A model generated the notes under the pieces. It saw only the letters and a program-made list of their open reading frames with translations, did no database searches and was not told where the DNA came from. A program made the translations under genes and the position numbers. From Octopus bimaculoides (taxonomy: Eukaryota), in NCBI RefSeq assembly GCF_001194135.2, contig NC_068984.1, forward strand, positions 92,266,036-92,300,542: a stretch of DNA of 34,507 nucleotides. Reading direction: 5' to 3'. Of the stretch, positions 34,205-34,507 are shown piece by piece (within the stretch, counting starts at the first letter, position 1; each line of letters begins with the position of its first letter).

Positions 34205-34507
34205 TTTGATCCAGTAGCCTTGAACTCCATCTTGTCCCGGGGCTTTCCAGTTGCTCATGGTTTGCTGTGGTGCTCTTATGTTTACTGTATTGAAAGTGTT
34301 TTGCGTAGAATGTGTGCAGTACCCAGTAGTGCAATTTTCTGTATGTTATATATATTTGTAAGTCCTGGTGTTTTTGTTATGTATTTGTCTGAATATTTTT
34401 TTCATTATACCTAAGGCACCTACTATGATAGGAATTGTTTCTGTTTTTAGATTCCACATTCGAGTTATCTCTATTTCCAGGTCTTTGTATTTTGAAAGTT
34501 TTTCCAT
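34205..34507 (-). mobile_element. R4/Dong-like element 3' end (continues beyond window)
   Basis: KYKDLEIEITRMWNLKTETIPIIVGALG...QKIALLGTAHILRK; near-identical coding part to 22255-22450. Confidence 0.88.

Overview
AT-rich eukaryotic genomic DNA with five assembly gaps (468-857, 4684-5060, 6438-6663, 21886-21961, 33104-33319) and many microsatellites. The SINE/LINE families look like those of Octopus, a coleoid cephalopod; this is inferred from recalled repeat families, not a database search. One host gene is visible on the + strand: the 3' part of a multi-VWA-domain protein (collagen VI/matrilin-like), in three phase-compatible exons (6788-7226, 14449-15036, 16031-16578; 524 aa joined). Its last VWA domain lacks the MIDAS motif, and its 5' exons lie upstream or in a gap. 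The rest is mostly decayed mobile DNA: R4/Dong-like RLE retrotransposons sitting in (AAT)n tracts, Tx1/L1-like LINEs, CR1 and RTE fragments, two tRNA-derived SINE families, a MULE transposase relic, and several MITEs. The most notable structures are a Penelope-type minimal hammerhead ribozyme motif (6089-6168), a perfect 54-bp palindrome just after the VWA stop codon (16591-16644), and a CR1-LINE/SINE shared 3' tail whose stem-loop is kept by compensatory changes. I found no convincing wholly new biological system; these are leads to test.
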